This document shows, in pieces, positions 40,632-54,336 of a stretch of 64,000 bases of DNA (position 1 is its first letter; each line of letters starts with the position of its first letter). The notes under the pieces were generated by a model, which did no database searches, had not been told where the DNA came from, and worked only from the letters and a program-made list of their open reading frames with translations. The DNA is from Syncephalis fuscata S228. Lineage: Eukaryota; Fungi; Zoopagomycota. The position numbers were made by a program, and so were the translations under genes. The stretch is from contig JAHLTZ010000008.1 in the NCBI GenBank assembly GCA_025786725.1, positions 186,001 to 250,000 on the forward strand. Direction: 5' to 3'.

Positions 40632-43600
40632 TTAAAATGCTCCCAGTTCTGTATCGTCGTTCGACATGTCCATGGTTCGCATACCACCGACACCATTTGG
40701 ATCTTGTTGCTTTTTAAATAGCTCCAGAGTAACAGCACTAAGAAATGCCGGAATAGACCCACGTTCCACAACCCATGTACGAATGAATCGATCCAAGCTA
40801 CGAGCAAATCCATCGTTGCCGCTATTAACGAGCTGCATCGTACCATGATCGTGTTCATCGCTATGAAATACAAACGAATGATCATCACGGCTTGAATAGG
40901 CCGAGGTAAGTCTAACCCGCCCATTGGCCAATAGCTCAAATTTATATCCTAAAAGACTGTAGACGGCCTCGCGTAATTCTCTTCCTTTTGCAGAAAATAT
41001 CTATACAGAAATGCCCACTTTAGTTTAAGCATATCTACCCTCTATATTTTCATCTCAACTTACCTCTTTTAATCGTTGCATTCGTTTTTCTTTAGTAACT
41101 AACTCGGCTTCAAGTCGTTCCTTTTCCGCTTGCACATTTAATAAACTCTGTAGCGGCACATTATTCATTACATCTGCCGTTATCGTTCTTGTTTCACCTT
41201 CAATGTCCATTGATGATGTATAAGGTTCCAGCTGATTAAGCAATTGCTGGTTCTCCCGCCGAAGTGCAGCCAATGTTGACTCTCTTATGGCAAAATCTCG
41301 TGCTGCCAGATTATTAGTCAATTGTAACACCTGTTTATACGACAATATTCGTATTATTATTATTATTATTACAATATAAAACATATATTTATACATACTC
41401 GCGTTGTAGTACGGTCATAGTCACCATGACCAGTGGCTTGTTCCAATCGAGTTACTTGATCATCCAATGAAGACACTTGTCGTAAAAGCGATTGATTCTC
41501 CGTTGTAAGTTGATCGATCTTTTCAAGTAACGATGGATTGTCCGGTTGTCTATTTCCTGTATCATTTTGTTCTTGTTGATATTCATCAAGCAATTTCTCT
41601 AGCATTTCAATACGTTCCGTCTTTTGATGATCATACCGATCGCCGTTCTGTATCGCATCTTCAATATCATATGATTTCTATTATCATAGCCATTAATATA
41701 ATTATTGTTAACTTCATCATTAAAGCCACGTCATTACTAGTATATTACCACTTGTTCTCTTAAAAACGCCACCTCTTTTTGAGCTAGTACTTGTTTACGC
41801 TGATACCGTTTTAATTCGCGTTGATCAGCTTCACGGTCCAATACTAATGCTTGGCACTTTTGCTCGCCACTAAGAATCTATTAGCCAATATTAACATATT
41901 ACCATTAATGTTATTGTTATCACTACTATAGTAAACTCTACTTACTTGCTGATGGGCATCGGCTAAATCGCTTTCCAATCGACGCATTTTGACTTGTAAT
42001 TCGCCATGCTGTTCTGTAAGTGCCACCAACTCAATTCGTTGATTCATTAATGTAGAACTCATTTTGTATGGTGAAGTCATAACCGAGTCATTAGATTGCC
42101 CCTCAAGAAAACCCGCCCTAATCATTGTTATTATTATGCATATCATTTTACTTTACTATTGTATTACCATTCAGCTTTCTCTTTACGTAAAATTGCACAC
42201 TCTGCTTCAATTTCATCACACTTTAATCTATACTCTTCGGCTTGTTCGGCCCGAGCCACTAATCGCTTTTTCTCCTCTTCAAGTAGACCAGTATTTCGCT
42301 GCATTGTACGATAATAATCAAGCTCTTTATACTGTGCTTTATTCTGAGCTTCTAATTCTTGTATTTTAACGGCTTGATCTATTATCATGTCAGTACTCTG
42401 TTTGTATCTCATCATCACTATCCCTTTTACATACTTTGTAATCGTTTTGCATTAACTGCACTAGCTAGTGATGAATCACCCGTTGATTGTAATTGCTGCA
42501 ATGTCAATTCTGCCTTCGATAACGCTTCGTGTGTTTGTTGCAATTGTTCTTGCCGGTTACGTGCCAATTCAGTTTGTTCCGTCAGCTAATCCATTATCAG
42601 TAGTCATAATAATATATTAATACATGTTATGTTTATTCACCTGTGATTGCAATAGTTCTAAAGATTGCTCAAGTCCTTGATTCTTAACCTGAAGAATTTG
42701 CATTTGATGGAGTGAGCCGCTTTTATCTGATCGAATAGTTTCACGCAAAGTAGCTAGTTCATTTTGCATTTGTATTTCATTTGTCTTAAGCTTTGATATT
42801 TCGTTTTCTTTTTCTCTCTATATAATAATTATAATTATAACTAAATGATAGTAATGATAACCTATTGGTCTACCTGATATCGCTCATGTGTTTCTTTTAA
42901 TTCCTCAAATTTTGCTTTTGTATTATTATCAATAGCGTATAAATACCGGCGATCCTCTTCTAATTTCTGTTTAATGTTATAACTATTCAGTCATACTATA
43001 ATTACACCACTATACTTGCCTCTACTCGTTGAATTCGTTCCTTGAGCTGCTGTTGCAGTCGTTGGGCAAATGTCGCCGCTTCTAATAGCTTTCGCTCTGT
43101 TTCTGTGCGTTGTGCTGACAGTTGATAAACTAGTTCTCCAATCTTTTGTTTGGCTTCAACAGACTCCAGCATTGCTGTACAATATTTCTAATCAATACTG
43201 GCAATAAATTAACATCGTTTCTTTACATACCATATTCATCAAACCGCAACGGAAGCGGTAATTTACGCTCCTGTTTCTTAGCACCTTCCATCAATCTGCC
43301 CTCTGTCTCCTCATCCTCCTCTTCTTCTTCCTCTTCTTCTTCAAGCACAATAGCTGATGTAGATACTAAACGATCTTCTAATGTAGTCTGACCTGTGCTA
43401 GATTCTCCCTTTGTTGTTGCAGTTGACGTACCAGTGGCCTAGTTAATGTCAATGTATAGATTGTCATTATAAAGTCCACATTTTATCCATATACATATTA
43501 TATGTCACTCTAGAATAAATCGATTACTTACCGCGTCTAACCAACGATTAATCCGTGCTGAATCCAATAGATCCGGTGCAATAGCATTCCTGGTGGCCCG

Positions 43601-44026
43601 TGCCGGTGTAGGTTCAACCGAGTAATAACCGGGTATTTTTGCTCGACGTACTGTGGTGGGATAGCCGGCCATGGCCGATACACCTCCTGTAGTGCTGGTT
43701 ATGGTCGTTGCCAGCGTTCTACTTCCGGTGGGTCGCGCTGCTGTATACAAAAGCCCTGGCCTACCGGCTATAGCTCCTAGACCAGTAGACTGTGCAGTTG
43801 CGTCAGTCGTGGCTGCGGTTGTGGTCGTTGGCCGTAAAGCACGCGTTCGACTAGCCGTGTAGTTGGCAAGTGAAACTGTAGGTGGTGCATTCTCATCACT
43901 TTCAACATTACGTCTTGCACGCGATGGTTGAGCCGGTGTAGCTACTAGAAATGGATTATCCGTTGCCGTGTCGTGTACAACATCCGACTCATTAGCCTTG
44001 CGTTGTCGCTTAGACGGTGGATTCAT
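40632..44026 (-). CDS. MAD1: Spindle assembly checkpoint protein Mad1, multi-exon
   Basis: Long coiled coil, GDYDRTTTRVL...NNLA, KRMQRLKE, YSLLGYKF, SIPAFLSAVTLELF. Confidence 0.9.
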
Positions 44027-45077
44027 TGTAAAAGAAAGAATGCGACTAGTGGAGAAAAATGTGTTTTATTTATTCGCTATTATATACGCCATGTGATATA
44101 ATAGACCACTTAATTAATTACCAATGCACATTCTAATACGATTATTGTCATTATTCTGCTAGTGTGTATATAATGCAAGTCATTCTTTACAATCTTATCA
44201 ATATTTGGATATAAAAATTATTATTTTTTGAAGAATGTAGTTATGTTTTGATATGATCGTTGGTGGAGACTTGGCCCATATAAAATACGCGCTCGATTCG
44301 ACACCACTTCGTTTATTTCATATTTGTACTAAAAATGTAATTGTAAATAATATATACAGCATTATTACACTCAAGATATATAGTAAAAGTTATTGCATTC
44401 AAAAATAAATACTTCAATCATTCATACGACAAATATAACTTTTCTATTTCTTGCTGATATCATCAGATTCATTTGTCGTATTTCATGGTTTATACAAGGT
44501 AACATACAATACAATTACTTTAATATTTATGAGGGTGCGGCATATTTATTACTATTCTTTGCTGATCCATCATTAACTTGTCAAGTATATGATTGGCAAT
44601 AGATTTGGCTATTTGTAAATAAATATTTAATTATTAGCACTATACAAACTGTTTAAGGTGCATGATGCTGGTTTGGCACAATACAATTACTAGACTAGTA
44701 TAATATATATATAATACTATGTAGATTATAAAATACAAAAAAGGATAAACAACACTACAGCATGGACCAGATAGTACGTCAATAGGTTGTTGCAACACGT
44801 GTATATTTTGATCAAGGCATGGAAGAATAATATCATTTAAACCAAAGCCAAGCTTGAAAGAACCGTGATTATTGGTGCCCCTGTAAATCTATTTTTATCT
44901 CATATCGATGTAAAGATGCAGGATGTGACGATTGTGATAGTGATGTCGACGTGGTACTGCCGCCGCCTTATTAAAGCAGCAGCCTCCGTTACCGCCGATA
45001 GCTTGTATCTACATCTTTCTTTCCTGCCTCTTTTTTCGTCTTGTTCTATTGTTTGAGTTTTTATTTCAGTTTCTATC

Positions 45078-45569
45078 ATGGAAAGCCGCCCATTGCCACC
45101 CGACTGGACCAGTCAGTACGACGACCGTGAACAGCGTCTTTTCTTCACCAATACACTTACACAGTACCGCACTTGGGAAGACCCGCGTCCCGCTTTCTAT
45201 GCCCAAAAAGAACAGGGCTATCAGCAAGGCTACCCTTCTCATCCGCCACCAGCACCACATCAACACCAAGACTATGGAACTCCATCGCATCAAAACCAAT
45301 CCAACGTACCACAAAATATGTCGGACCCACCACCAGCAAACAACAGCTATACCAATAGCGGCTATAGCGGCTATAGCGAAGAGACCATTTACGTCCAGAA
45401 GCAGGAAGAGGAGGAGAAACACTCGTCGGGTCTTGGTGTAGGTAGTGCGGTTGCCATGGCTGCAGGCGTCGGTCTATTGGGCGCAGTAGCCGGTGGTATG
45501 ATTGCCAATCACCAAAATCACAAGCAAGATGAAAAACACCATAAGAATAATACAGGCAAACATTACTAA
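45078..45569 (+). CDS. WW-domain protein (Wwm1-like)
   Basis: LPPDWTSQYDDREQRLFFTNTLTQYRTWEDP, Pro/Gln-rich middle and a GLLGAVAGG motif. Confidence 0.8.
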   Translation: MESRPLPPDWTSQYDDREQRLFFTNTLTQYRTWEDPRPAFYAQKEQGYQQGYPSHPPPAPHQHQDYGTPSHQNQSNVPQNMSDPPPANNSYTNSGYSGYSEETIYVQKQEEEEKHSSGLGVGSAVAMAAGVGLLGAVAGGMIANHQNHKQDEKHHKNNTGKHY

Positions 45570-45756
45570 GCTTTTGCTAGCATGAAATAAACACTGTGTT
45601 AATCATGTAATTATATTATTGGAAATGTAATGTATAAATAATCAAATCACTGTATATTATCTATCATAAAAAAAGCATGAAATACTTTGCAATCATTCAA
45701 ATGTAAAAACAAAATACACGAACATTAACATTAGAATTGTAAGCAATATCGAATAT

Positions 45757-47050
45757 AATGTGCTATAATTGTTGGTATTTACATCACAACGATATATGGC
45801 CCATGCCATGAGTCTATGCAAAGAAGTTTACAAATCGCTGTTACATCGTATACACTCGGTTGATGGTGAAGCTCTTGCAATGGTTTTACGTAATTACGTT
45901 GACAGCATTGTTGCAAATTTACCACTATTTAAAGTGGTGCGACAACAACCGGTAAGTGAATAGCAGCTGATAACTGGATAAAAATAATTAATCCAACCAT
46001 TTGCCGGTACCCTATGAAGACTACAGCAAAGATACAATTACATTTATAGAAACGCTAAACATTAACAATCAGCAAAGATCTTTGATTGGCATTGGACATC
46101 CTGCCAGTGCAACAGGACTCTGAGTAGTACAAATAGCTTGAAAGCATATGACTTATTTCTTTGAATAGACCATTGGCTGAAGCAGCTTGCCCAAGCACAT
46201 TCAGCGCAATTGTTGCCATTGATCCTATTATGTCCACAGTCGACTGGTATAACAAGCAGACAATATCACCAGGCCCCAATATGGTTGGAATGGTCGATAG
46301 CTTGCAGCAACAATTAGAAGCGTCGTGATACTTAGCCTAACCGGTAAGCAGCGCAACTACGTATAGTCATGAATTTTAATTATGTTTATATTAGAGAGAT
46401 AGCCCGCGAGCACATTGCTGGTCGTGGCATGTATGCTGGCCGGCACAATGCTCTGCTAGATGTATATATTGTGTGTAACCAATTATAACTAGCCTCACAA
46501 TACACTAGCAATAATGATCAACAACCATTAGCAATATGGATTGCGCGAAATTGGTTCAGAAGCACCTGTTAATCTTAAAATGCCCCCAGACGCTGAAGCA
46601 GTAAGTAGCAAAAAGCCATGCAGCTTAATAGCACTGCTACCTGTCTTGGATGTATTTCCCGGTGACAAGCATTTGCTATATATCAATTTTAACATTTATC
46701 TAAAGTTAAGGTACCAGTATTAATTATGGGTGCTACCAATTCCAAAACCAAGTAAGTTTTAGCTGCAGCACGGCAACAGTACTAACGATCACTCTATAGT
46801 ACGCCAAATAACATTTATGATATGACCAAACGATGTGCCAATGGTAAAGCTGTTGTGCTAAAGGGATTGGGACACATAATGGTACATGAAAAGCCAGATA
46901 CAGTTGGTAGGCGTATATTTATGCACATTGACTAACCAATACTAATCTATATTTATAATAGTTGCGGAAATTAATCAGTTTATAGCTTTACTTGCTATTC
47001 CATCCCGCGACTTATTTATTTGCAATAGGCTATATGTGCAGCACAAGTGA
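45757..47050 (+). pseudogene. Degraded alpha/beta-hydrolase
   Basis: C-terminal VLKGLGHIMVHEKPDTV..EINQFI resembles the catalytic-His loop. Upstream exons contain multiple stops and frameshifts. Confidence 0.5.
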
Positions 47051-47204
47051 ATTAAGCTGTTAATTTATTGCTTATAGTTTCATCGTTCTATTCCTTTATT
47101 ATATAGTTTGCATATATTACAGTAACATTACCTATTAGCACTTATTAAAATAGCGTGGATGATGATTGTTATTAAATAATATATTACTATACAATCTTTT
47201 TATT

Positions 47205-49165
47205 AGCAATTCATTAGCACTTATGTAATTGGTGTCAAACAACTACTTTAATAGCATTGCGCAATTAAACTAACACTCAATCTATTGAACATAATGATAA
47301 ATGATGAATGACATCAATAATCAAATACCCATCATTGTAAATTTATTATCCAGTATGCATATATCATTACAGTATGTGTTATTACTATTTATATCCGCTA
47401 CTTGATTAACATTAAAACCATAACTAACTAACACGACCTAGTTTATTTATAAATAATCTTAATAAAACAATTCAATTCATATTCATATTATTTGTTCTTC
47501 CAATATAATTCAATGAACAAACTAAGTGCGATAAGTCAATTTTTATTAATAAAAAATTTGAAACCATACCAACAACGGTTATAGACAGCATATAGCCAAT
47601 ATATAATAAAATAATAAACGTTATAATGAATACACAATATTGAACGAGATTAGCAATGTTCAAGTTGTTGAGTATATATGCATGAGCAATGACCAGCATT
47701 AGTCGAACTTTCTTAATAATAAAGCTAGAACAAAAAGGACAACTGCAATAGCTAGCGCGTATATACTAGACGATAAAACAATAAAGAATATAAAGCATAC
47801 GCGGTGCAAAGTGACGATTAGCAGTGTTAGAGCTAATGAGCATATATGCATGATCAATGAGCGGAATTAGTCGACATTTATTAATAATAATGCTAAAACA
47901 AAAATAAAAATAGTATTGGATAAAGGAAGGCTAGGAGAGTATAGAATGATATAGAATAGAATAAACATATAATGAAAAGAGTATGATAAGTGGTGTTGAG
48001 GTTATAGTGCATATAACGTAATGAGGAAAATAAGCATTATGTGCCAACATTTGCGCTAAGCATTATGTGCCAACATTTGCGCTAAGCATTATGTGTCAGC
48101 ATTTGCGCTAAGCATTATGTGTCAGCATTTGCGCTAAGCATTATGTGTCAGCATTTGCGCTAAGCATTATGTGTCAGCATTTGCGCTAAGCATTATGTGT
48201 CAGCATTTGCGCTAAGCATTATGTGTCAGCATTTGCGCTAAGCATTATGTGCCAGCATTTGCGCTAAGCATTTGCTTTTTTAACAACATTCGCGTAAATA
48301 ATTACATATCCGCTTTATTGAACATGAAACTAAATGCTGAATAGTATCGATCATTAAAATATTCATTATTGTATGTTCATTATCTAGTACGCATATATCA
48401 TCATTACAATACTATGTTATTACTGTTTACGCTGTTTTATTTCTAGCTTTCTTCTCTATTTGCATACTCATTAATCCATCATGTTTCTATTTTGCTTGAA
48501 CTTGTTATTACTGTGGATATCCATTGATCTGCCCTACTAGCATCAAAGTCATAGCCACATAGCCAATTTGCATTAACTGATTTGTTTATCAAATAATAGC
48601 ACGGTACATATATGCATGAGCAAATAAACGTAATGATTCAAATTTATTAGTAACCAAGCTAGTATTAAACAAATAACAATTTCAAATAACTTGTTGATAC
48701 TATACAATATAATGATATGAAGCAGAATAAATGTACGATAGACAGGTATAAATAACGCTGTTGAAACTATAACACAAATAATGCAATGAGTGGAATGAGT
48801 AGAGTGTATTGGAACATATAAACAATAGGATGTGTCCAGTGTAATATAGAATGATATATAGTGGTGTGGAATAGAATGGGAATGATATAGATAAGTCGTG
48901 GATATATGCATACTGGATAACGAATCTATGATGACGAGTATTTGATGATTGATGTCATTCACCGCCCATCATCATGTTCAATAGGTTGGATGTTATTAGC
49001 TGTTAGTCATTTGATCACCAAAAAAGCAATAAGTGTGATGATGTGACGATTAAATGAAACTCACCACTTGTCCCCATGTTCAATAGATTGAATGTGCAGT
49101 GCAATGCGCGAATGTTATTAAATCTAGTCATATGGCCATTAAATCATATAAATGTTAATGAATTG
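47205..49165. mobile_element. Foldback-like non-autonomous element (family B) with long imperfect terminal inverted repeats and a central minisatellite
   Basis: 47207-47292 is an inverted match to 49076-49165, and 47282-47364 to 48901-48984. An internal copy lies at 48280-48400. No transposase ORF. Confidence 0.6.
48031..48272 (+). repeat. 26-bp minisatellite, 9 full units plus a partial unit
   Basis: Unit TAAGCATTATGTG(T/C)CA(G/A)CATTTGCGC, directly tandem with no spacers. Confidence 0.97.
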
Positions 49166-49218
49166 TGGATAGAAAATAAATAAATAAAATATTTTTATTA
49201 CAATTCGCAATTGCCAAT

Positions 49219-50805
49219 TCAAACAAGTTTGTTCATAGTCCAAATAGCAATGTCCTTGTTAGATACCTTGACCAGCGTGTTCATATTTACTCTAACTTCG
49301 CCAGAAGTATCTTCTGCAGCAATCCAGCCAAACTCAGAAGTATTGTCTAGATTAACTGTATAGAATCCACCAGAAGGATGCTGAGCAATCCAGAATTGGT
49401 TAAGAACATATCCTGTATGAATCAAAGCACTTGCAACTCTGGTATTAAATATTGTTTGTTTTGTTTCCATATTAATTAGCGTTAGGTTAGTATCATCAAG
49501 AGTAACAATACAGTTATTTCTTATCGAAACAGTAGGTAGTTCATTGGAAAAAGTGCCCGAATAATGAACATATGATGAATATATATCATGAATAAAAAAC
49601 ACATTTTTCTGTTTAGCGCTATGGCTTTTGTTACTTTGTCCAAAAGAAAATTTGCGTATTCCGGAAGCATTGCTATTATTAGTTGTATTCAGTAATGCAT
49701 TGTTTTCTGTATGATTTGTTTTCATGGATAAGGCCACTTGCCAGACCATTATAAAACTTTCGGTTAAAAAGCGCGATTGACGTGCACTGTATTTGCTAGT
49801 TTCCAGTGGTATGGATACATGTCTTTGTTCATTAATGGTACGTACATCAAGTATACTCGATTGTAGTATATCCCAGCTATGAGATGCAGATCCAAACTGC
49901 GTGCCAACACATAACGTACCCGCATACACTTGGCATGTAGTCTTGGTTGTATTGATAATTGAATAAGTATTCCACGCTGCCTCAGTTTTCACCGGTATTG
50001 GTATATTTTGTTCGAGATTTAATACATTAATTGAATATGATTCGGTGGATACTACAGGCTCTTTCAATAGCAACCATTGATCGTGCAAGTCTACAATTTC
50101 TGTTGCGCCCTGATTGTACAAGAGCTCTTTTTTCTCTATTTGGCTAGGCTGTGTGAAATCCCAGTAGAACATAAAATCTTTAGCTACATCGGTGTTGTTG
50201 CTGCTAGCCGATCTTCCAGGGCCAGTTATTACAATAAATTTTCTGTTTAGCATACCCTTAATTAAACTATGTGTTTGTTGTGAAAAATTAGCAGACAAAT
50301 CTGATATTAATAAAAGTTTTGGTGTGGGCCAATGTGCAGCAAAGTAGAGTGTATTTGTATTAGTTAAAATAAGTGTTCCCCATATATTACTGTCAAGAAT
50401 ACGGGTAGTTATTTGTAGATCATCATAACCTGAAGCATCTAAGATACTAAGTGTTGTACAATTGCTAATGCCATACTGCCAATTCTTTGCCAAACTAAAT
50501 TGAGCAATATAGTGCTTTAGCCAATTGCTATTATTTTGTAGATTAGCAATACTATAGTCTGATACATTCTTCTTCTTCTTTTCTAAAACGTTGTTATGCC
50601 ACTCTATCCAGTCGCGTGTCTCAGTGCCATTGTAGAACCGGCTATAGAACCAGCGTTTCCAATCAATGTCTTTTTCTTCAGCAGCACTGAAGATATTATA
50701 AAAAGCAGTAAGAAAAGGAAGCAGTGATTCATCGTCCAAATAAAAGGCTACTTTCCAAAGTATCTTAGCAGGAAGACAGCATGTTGTAGAAAGTAAACGA
50801 GTCAT
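49219..50805 (-). CDS. Intronless F-box-like protein with a probable beta-propeller C-terminus
   Basis: N-terminal LPAKILWKVAFYLDDESLLPF (F-box-like) and LAKNWQYG; beta-rich remainder; 528 aa. Confidence 0.65.
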   Translation of the reverse strand: MTRLLSTTCCLPAKILWKVAFYLDDESLLPFLTAFYNIFSAAEEKDIDWKRWFYSRFYNGTETRDWIEWHNNVLEKKKKNVSDYSIANLQNNSNWLKHYIAQFSLAKNWQYGISNCTTLSILDASGYDDLQITTRILDSNIWGTLILTNTNTLYFAAHWPTPKLLLISDLSANFSQQTHSLIKGMLNRKFIVITGPGRSASSNNTDVAKDFMFYWDFTQPSQIEKKELLYNQGATEIVDLHDQWLLLKEPVVSTESYSINVLNLEQNIPIPVKTEAAWNTYSIINTTKTTCQVYAGTLCVGTQFGSASHSWDILQSSILDVRTINEQRHVSIPLETSKYSARQSRFLTESFIMVWQVALSMKTNHTENNALLNTTNNSNASGIRKFSFGQSNKSHSAKQKNVFFIHDIYSSYVHYSGTFSNELPTVSIRNNCIVTLDDTNLTLINMETKQTIFNTRVASALIHTGYVLNQFWIAQHPSGGFYTVNLDNTSEFGWIAAEDTSGEVRVNMNTLVKVSNKDIAIWTMNKLV

Positions 50806-52511
50806 TTTAACAAAAAATGAATAAGCACAAGGAACGATAGAATTGTAATTTAATGCTCAAATTTTTTTAATTATTTTTATAAAAAATTGATTGTGTACCA
50901 GAAAGGCCTTTCAGTTTCACTTATTATTGCCCTATTTGGCACTATGATTGATTTGACCGTATTGATTATAGCACATGCCCACGCAAAACGGGTATTCTTT
51001 TACTCGATAGCTTTAGTCAAAATGGATAACAAGCCTTTAATCTAATGCTATCAAATTGGTATATACACACAAAACAAGCTAGAAATGACACATAATATAA
51101 AAGTAGTGTTTTATTTACAATGCAATAACATCGTTGCAACGTATTTTATAATATTAGATGTTTATTGTACTAATGACTACAACCATAAATCCACATACCA
51201 TCAGTTTTATCGCATGCTCCGTTAAACTCCATTTGCCTTTTATTATATGGGACCTTCTTAACTTCACGCAGTAATTTGCCATTAGCATCTTCAAGAAACA
51301 TGAAATAGCAACAGGTGCGTAGCATAGCTAAAATATCGCCACGGCGAACATCATCAAGAATAACTTGCCTGCATAACTAATAGTGCAAGTATATCTATTT
51401 TAAATTATTTGATTCGTTACTTATTTGGCCGGATAAACGGTATACACATGGCATTTCACGCTATTCATTTCAGAAATTCAAGTGTTTATGTGCTATACAA
51501 GTATATCTAGACCATTGCCCAAGTAAGGCTGTTCTATGATATACTCGAATTTCGATTGGTATGTACATCGAGTACAATGTGAAGCAGAAACAAGAAATTC
51601 TAATATTAACGATAAATCCTGCACTGGAAATCCTGAATGATGAGTCTGGTCAACCTGTTTTTCAACCTGCTTTCATTGTTTATCCGAATGTCTTAAAACA
51701 ATCTACTTACCTTGGTTGTGGTTTATTCCTGTACCTATTCAAACTTGGGGCCAACCAATGTGTAACTATGATATCACCTTAATGTTCCTTATAGATAACT
51801 AGAATGCAGATCTTACTTAAAATAAACTGGTAATAGCATGATTGAGATTGAAACTGATCGGTTTGTTCAGACCCATCATGACATATCATTATTTAATCTT
51901 ATAATATTAATAACATATTGCAATTATTTATATTTAATAACAGTAACTATTAATTAGCCACTCCGACGTTTGATATAAAACTAGTGTAATAATAGAAATC
52001 AGTTACTCTGGGTACATGTATGATTGGCTTTTACTTGTTACAACAAGTTAGGTGTGCGTACTTTCGTCGCTAGGCCTTAGTTATGATGAATTTATTTATT
52101 TTGGGTGTATGTACGTTTGGTTTATTTGTCACAATAAATTAGGCAACATGCCATTTATCACTAGGCCTTATCTATGATGAATCCAGAATGCCATTTGTAG
52201 TAATGACACATAGGCCTACCATCTCAGCTATACATAGTTTACATTCAAGCCTTTTAGATACAATACCACGGATTGGAATATTGCTTAATGTTTAACCGGC
52301 TAATGCTAAAACAATCAAGGCGACAGACTAGCTACCTATTAGTAAAATAGATGTTAAGGTATAGCAAAGATGTATAAAAGGCGCGTTGAAATTCATATTT
52401 GCATTCCAACATTACAACACAACAACATCAGCTTCATCAACATCTAAACGCCTGCTCAGACAATAGCATTCAAATTAATCCCTACTCATTTATAAATCAA
52501 ATTTATTCATT

Positions 52512-53060
52512 ATGAAATTCTCATTACCACTTACTGCTGTCTTACTGGCTTCCGCTGCTAGTCTTGTTCAGTCTGCTCCCGGTATCACCCAGCCAAGAAA
52601 TATACGTTTGTGGTGGGCCAAGAAAAGCAACCAATGCTTACAAGTAATTGGAAAGGACCCAAAACTTTATTACAATCTTGCAAGTGGATGCAATGATTCA
52701 TACTGGACTCAAACGCCGATTCCTGCCGAAAATCCAGTTCCAACTCGTAGATACTACACACTTAAAGAACGCTTTAGCAAGAGATGCTTGGCATACGATC
52801 CAAAGCCAGGTGTTGGTGGCTATGGAACTATAACCACTGCTATTTGCAATCCAAACGCGAAAAATCAGCACTGGGAATTGCCTCAAATCAATCTTGATGA
52901 CAAAACCAAAGGTGAATATAAGCTAGTGCCAAGAATTCCACGATATGGTACCGAGAAGGCTTGCGTTGGGCCTATTAGGTTTGCATTCAACGGAGCCATT
53001 GAATACAAACAATGTAACCATACTGATAGAAACGAATACTATCGTCTTGAAGTTGCTTAA
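52512..53060 (+). CDS. Secreted ricin-B (beta-trefoil) lectin-like protein
   Basis: Signal peptide; three repeats with CL...C pairs and a QxW motif (NQHW); TATAAAA at about 52374. Confidence 0.7.
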   Translation: MKFSLPLTAVLLASAASLVQSAPGITQPRNIRLWWAKKSNQCLQVIGKDPKLYYNLASGCNDSYWTQTPIPAENPVPTRRYYTLKERFSKRCLAYDPKPGVGGYGTITTAICNPNAKNQHWELPQINLDDKTKGEYKLVPRIPRYGTEKACVGPIRFAFNGAIEYKQCNHTDRNEYYRLEVA

Positions 53061-53194
53061 TAAATGCCACTATTAATTGTTATTTTTAAACTACGTCTAC
53101 AACAAATGTACATAAATGAGACTATAAAAGTAATGAATATGCGATAAATAATAATATATTGTTTTAATTACTATTGCTATCAGTAATATTAAAC

Positions 53195-53480
53195 CAATTC
53201 AATGCAATTGGAGATCAAATAAGCCAACTTAATAGCATACGTTCTATTGAACATGGCACTTGGCGGTGAATGACATTAACCATCAAATACTTGTTATCGT
53301 AGATTTCTTATCCAGTATTTATATATCCTCTGCCCAACTATATCATCGCTATTGTATACATATACTAATAAATATTATTATACGATGTATTAACCATATT
53401 TCATTTACATATACTATGGCGTGCTTCATTTACTCCACTTTGCGCCATATTCTCTATAACTTCAACACTACTATTTGCAC
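53195..53480 (+). mobile_element. Family B element end/fragment
   Basis: CTATTGAACATGG...GGCGGTGAATGACATTAACCATCAAATACTTG...TTATCCAGTATTTATATATC matches 47282-47364 and the reverse complement of 48901-48984. Confidence 0.65.
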
Positions 53481-54336
53481 TCTCCTTGCCATGTAGTCAT
53501 TCTAATATTTAGTATACCATAGTATTATACAATAGCCACATACCACCTAGCAAAGCTAGCGCCAGTGCAATGATAGTGATGATATTTCCACTCATCTCTA
53601 CATAGCACAGACTATATGCACCACACTTACTCATATTCTAGTACTTTCATTACTTTACCCACTACACTTTTCTTTCTATTTCTTATTTACTTGCAATCTG
53701 TATTCTTTATTCTTTACAATCCACAAATAATTATAATGGTAAGTAGACCCCACTATATGCACGTCACGCTTGAGTCTGTCTTTTCTTTCTTTCATATTGC
53801 TTGTTTGTTGTTTTGCTGTAATCCCAGTGAATACTATCTCATTATTTACAGTATACAGTCTGTATGTATGCTAGTCATCTATACTGTATGCATTCTTATT
53901 GTTGCCTATGTATGTCTCCTAATACAATGCATTGCTCTATTACCTGCTACAGCATTGAATAACAATATGTATACATGCACAATATATGCATATGCTATTT
54001 TTACTATTGGGTAGTATTCATATTCTATAGCGGTATGTAGACTGCGCCACACTACTCGCCAATGTTCTTATTGCTATATGCTGACTCATTGCTATGGATC
54101 TTTTATTGCATTGTGTTGATATTGGTAGTAACTATAATAGCAACAGCTATACTGGTAGATTACATCTATCTGTTTATATGTACATTATCTATGCTTGTTG
54201 TTATTGTTATGTGTATGCATTTTATTTGGTGTGTGGTGGGATATTTGGGACGTATATGTGGCCAAACGGCAACATTTGTAGTATATTTTACGTAAATTAA
54301 AATTACGAATGACTTGTAAACAACTGCCTCCACTCT

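Noticed and set aside
42968-43019. GC-AG intron in MAD1 (GCAAGT donor)
   Set aside because: A known minor class of U2 introns; not novel.
48031-48272. CRISPR array or telomere repeat
   Set aside because: Units are contiguous with no spacers, the context is eukaryotic, and the array is internal and lacks G-rich strand bias.
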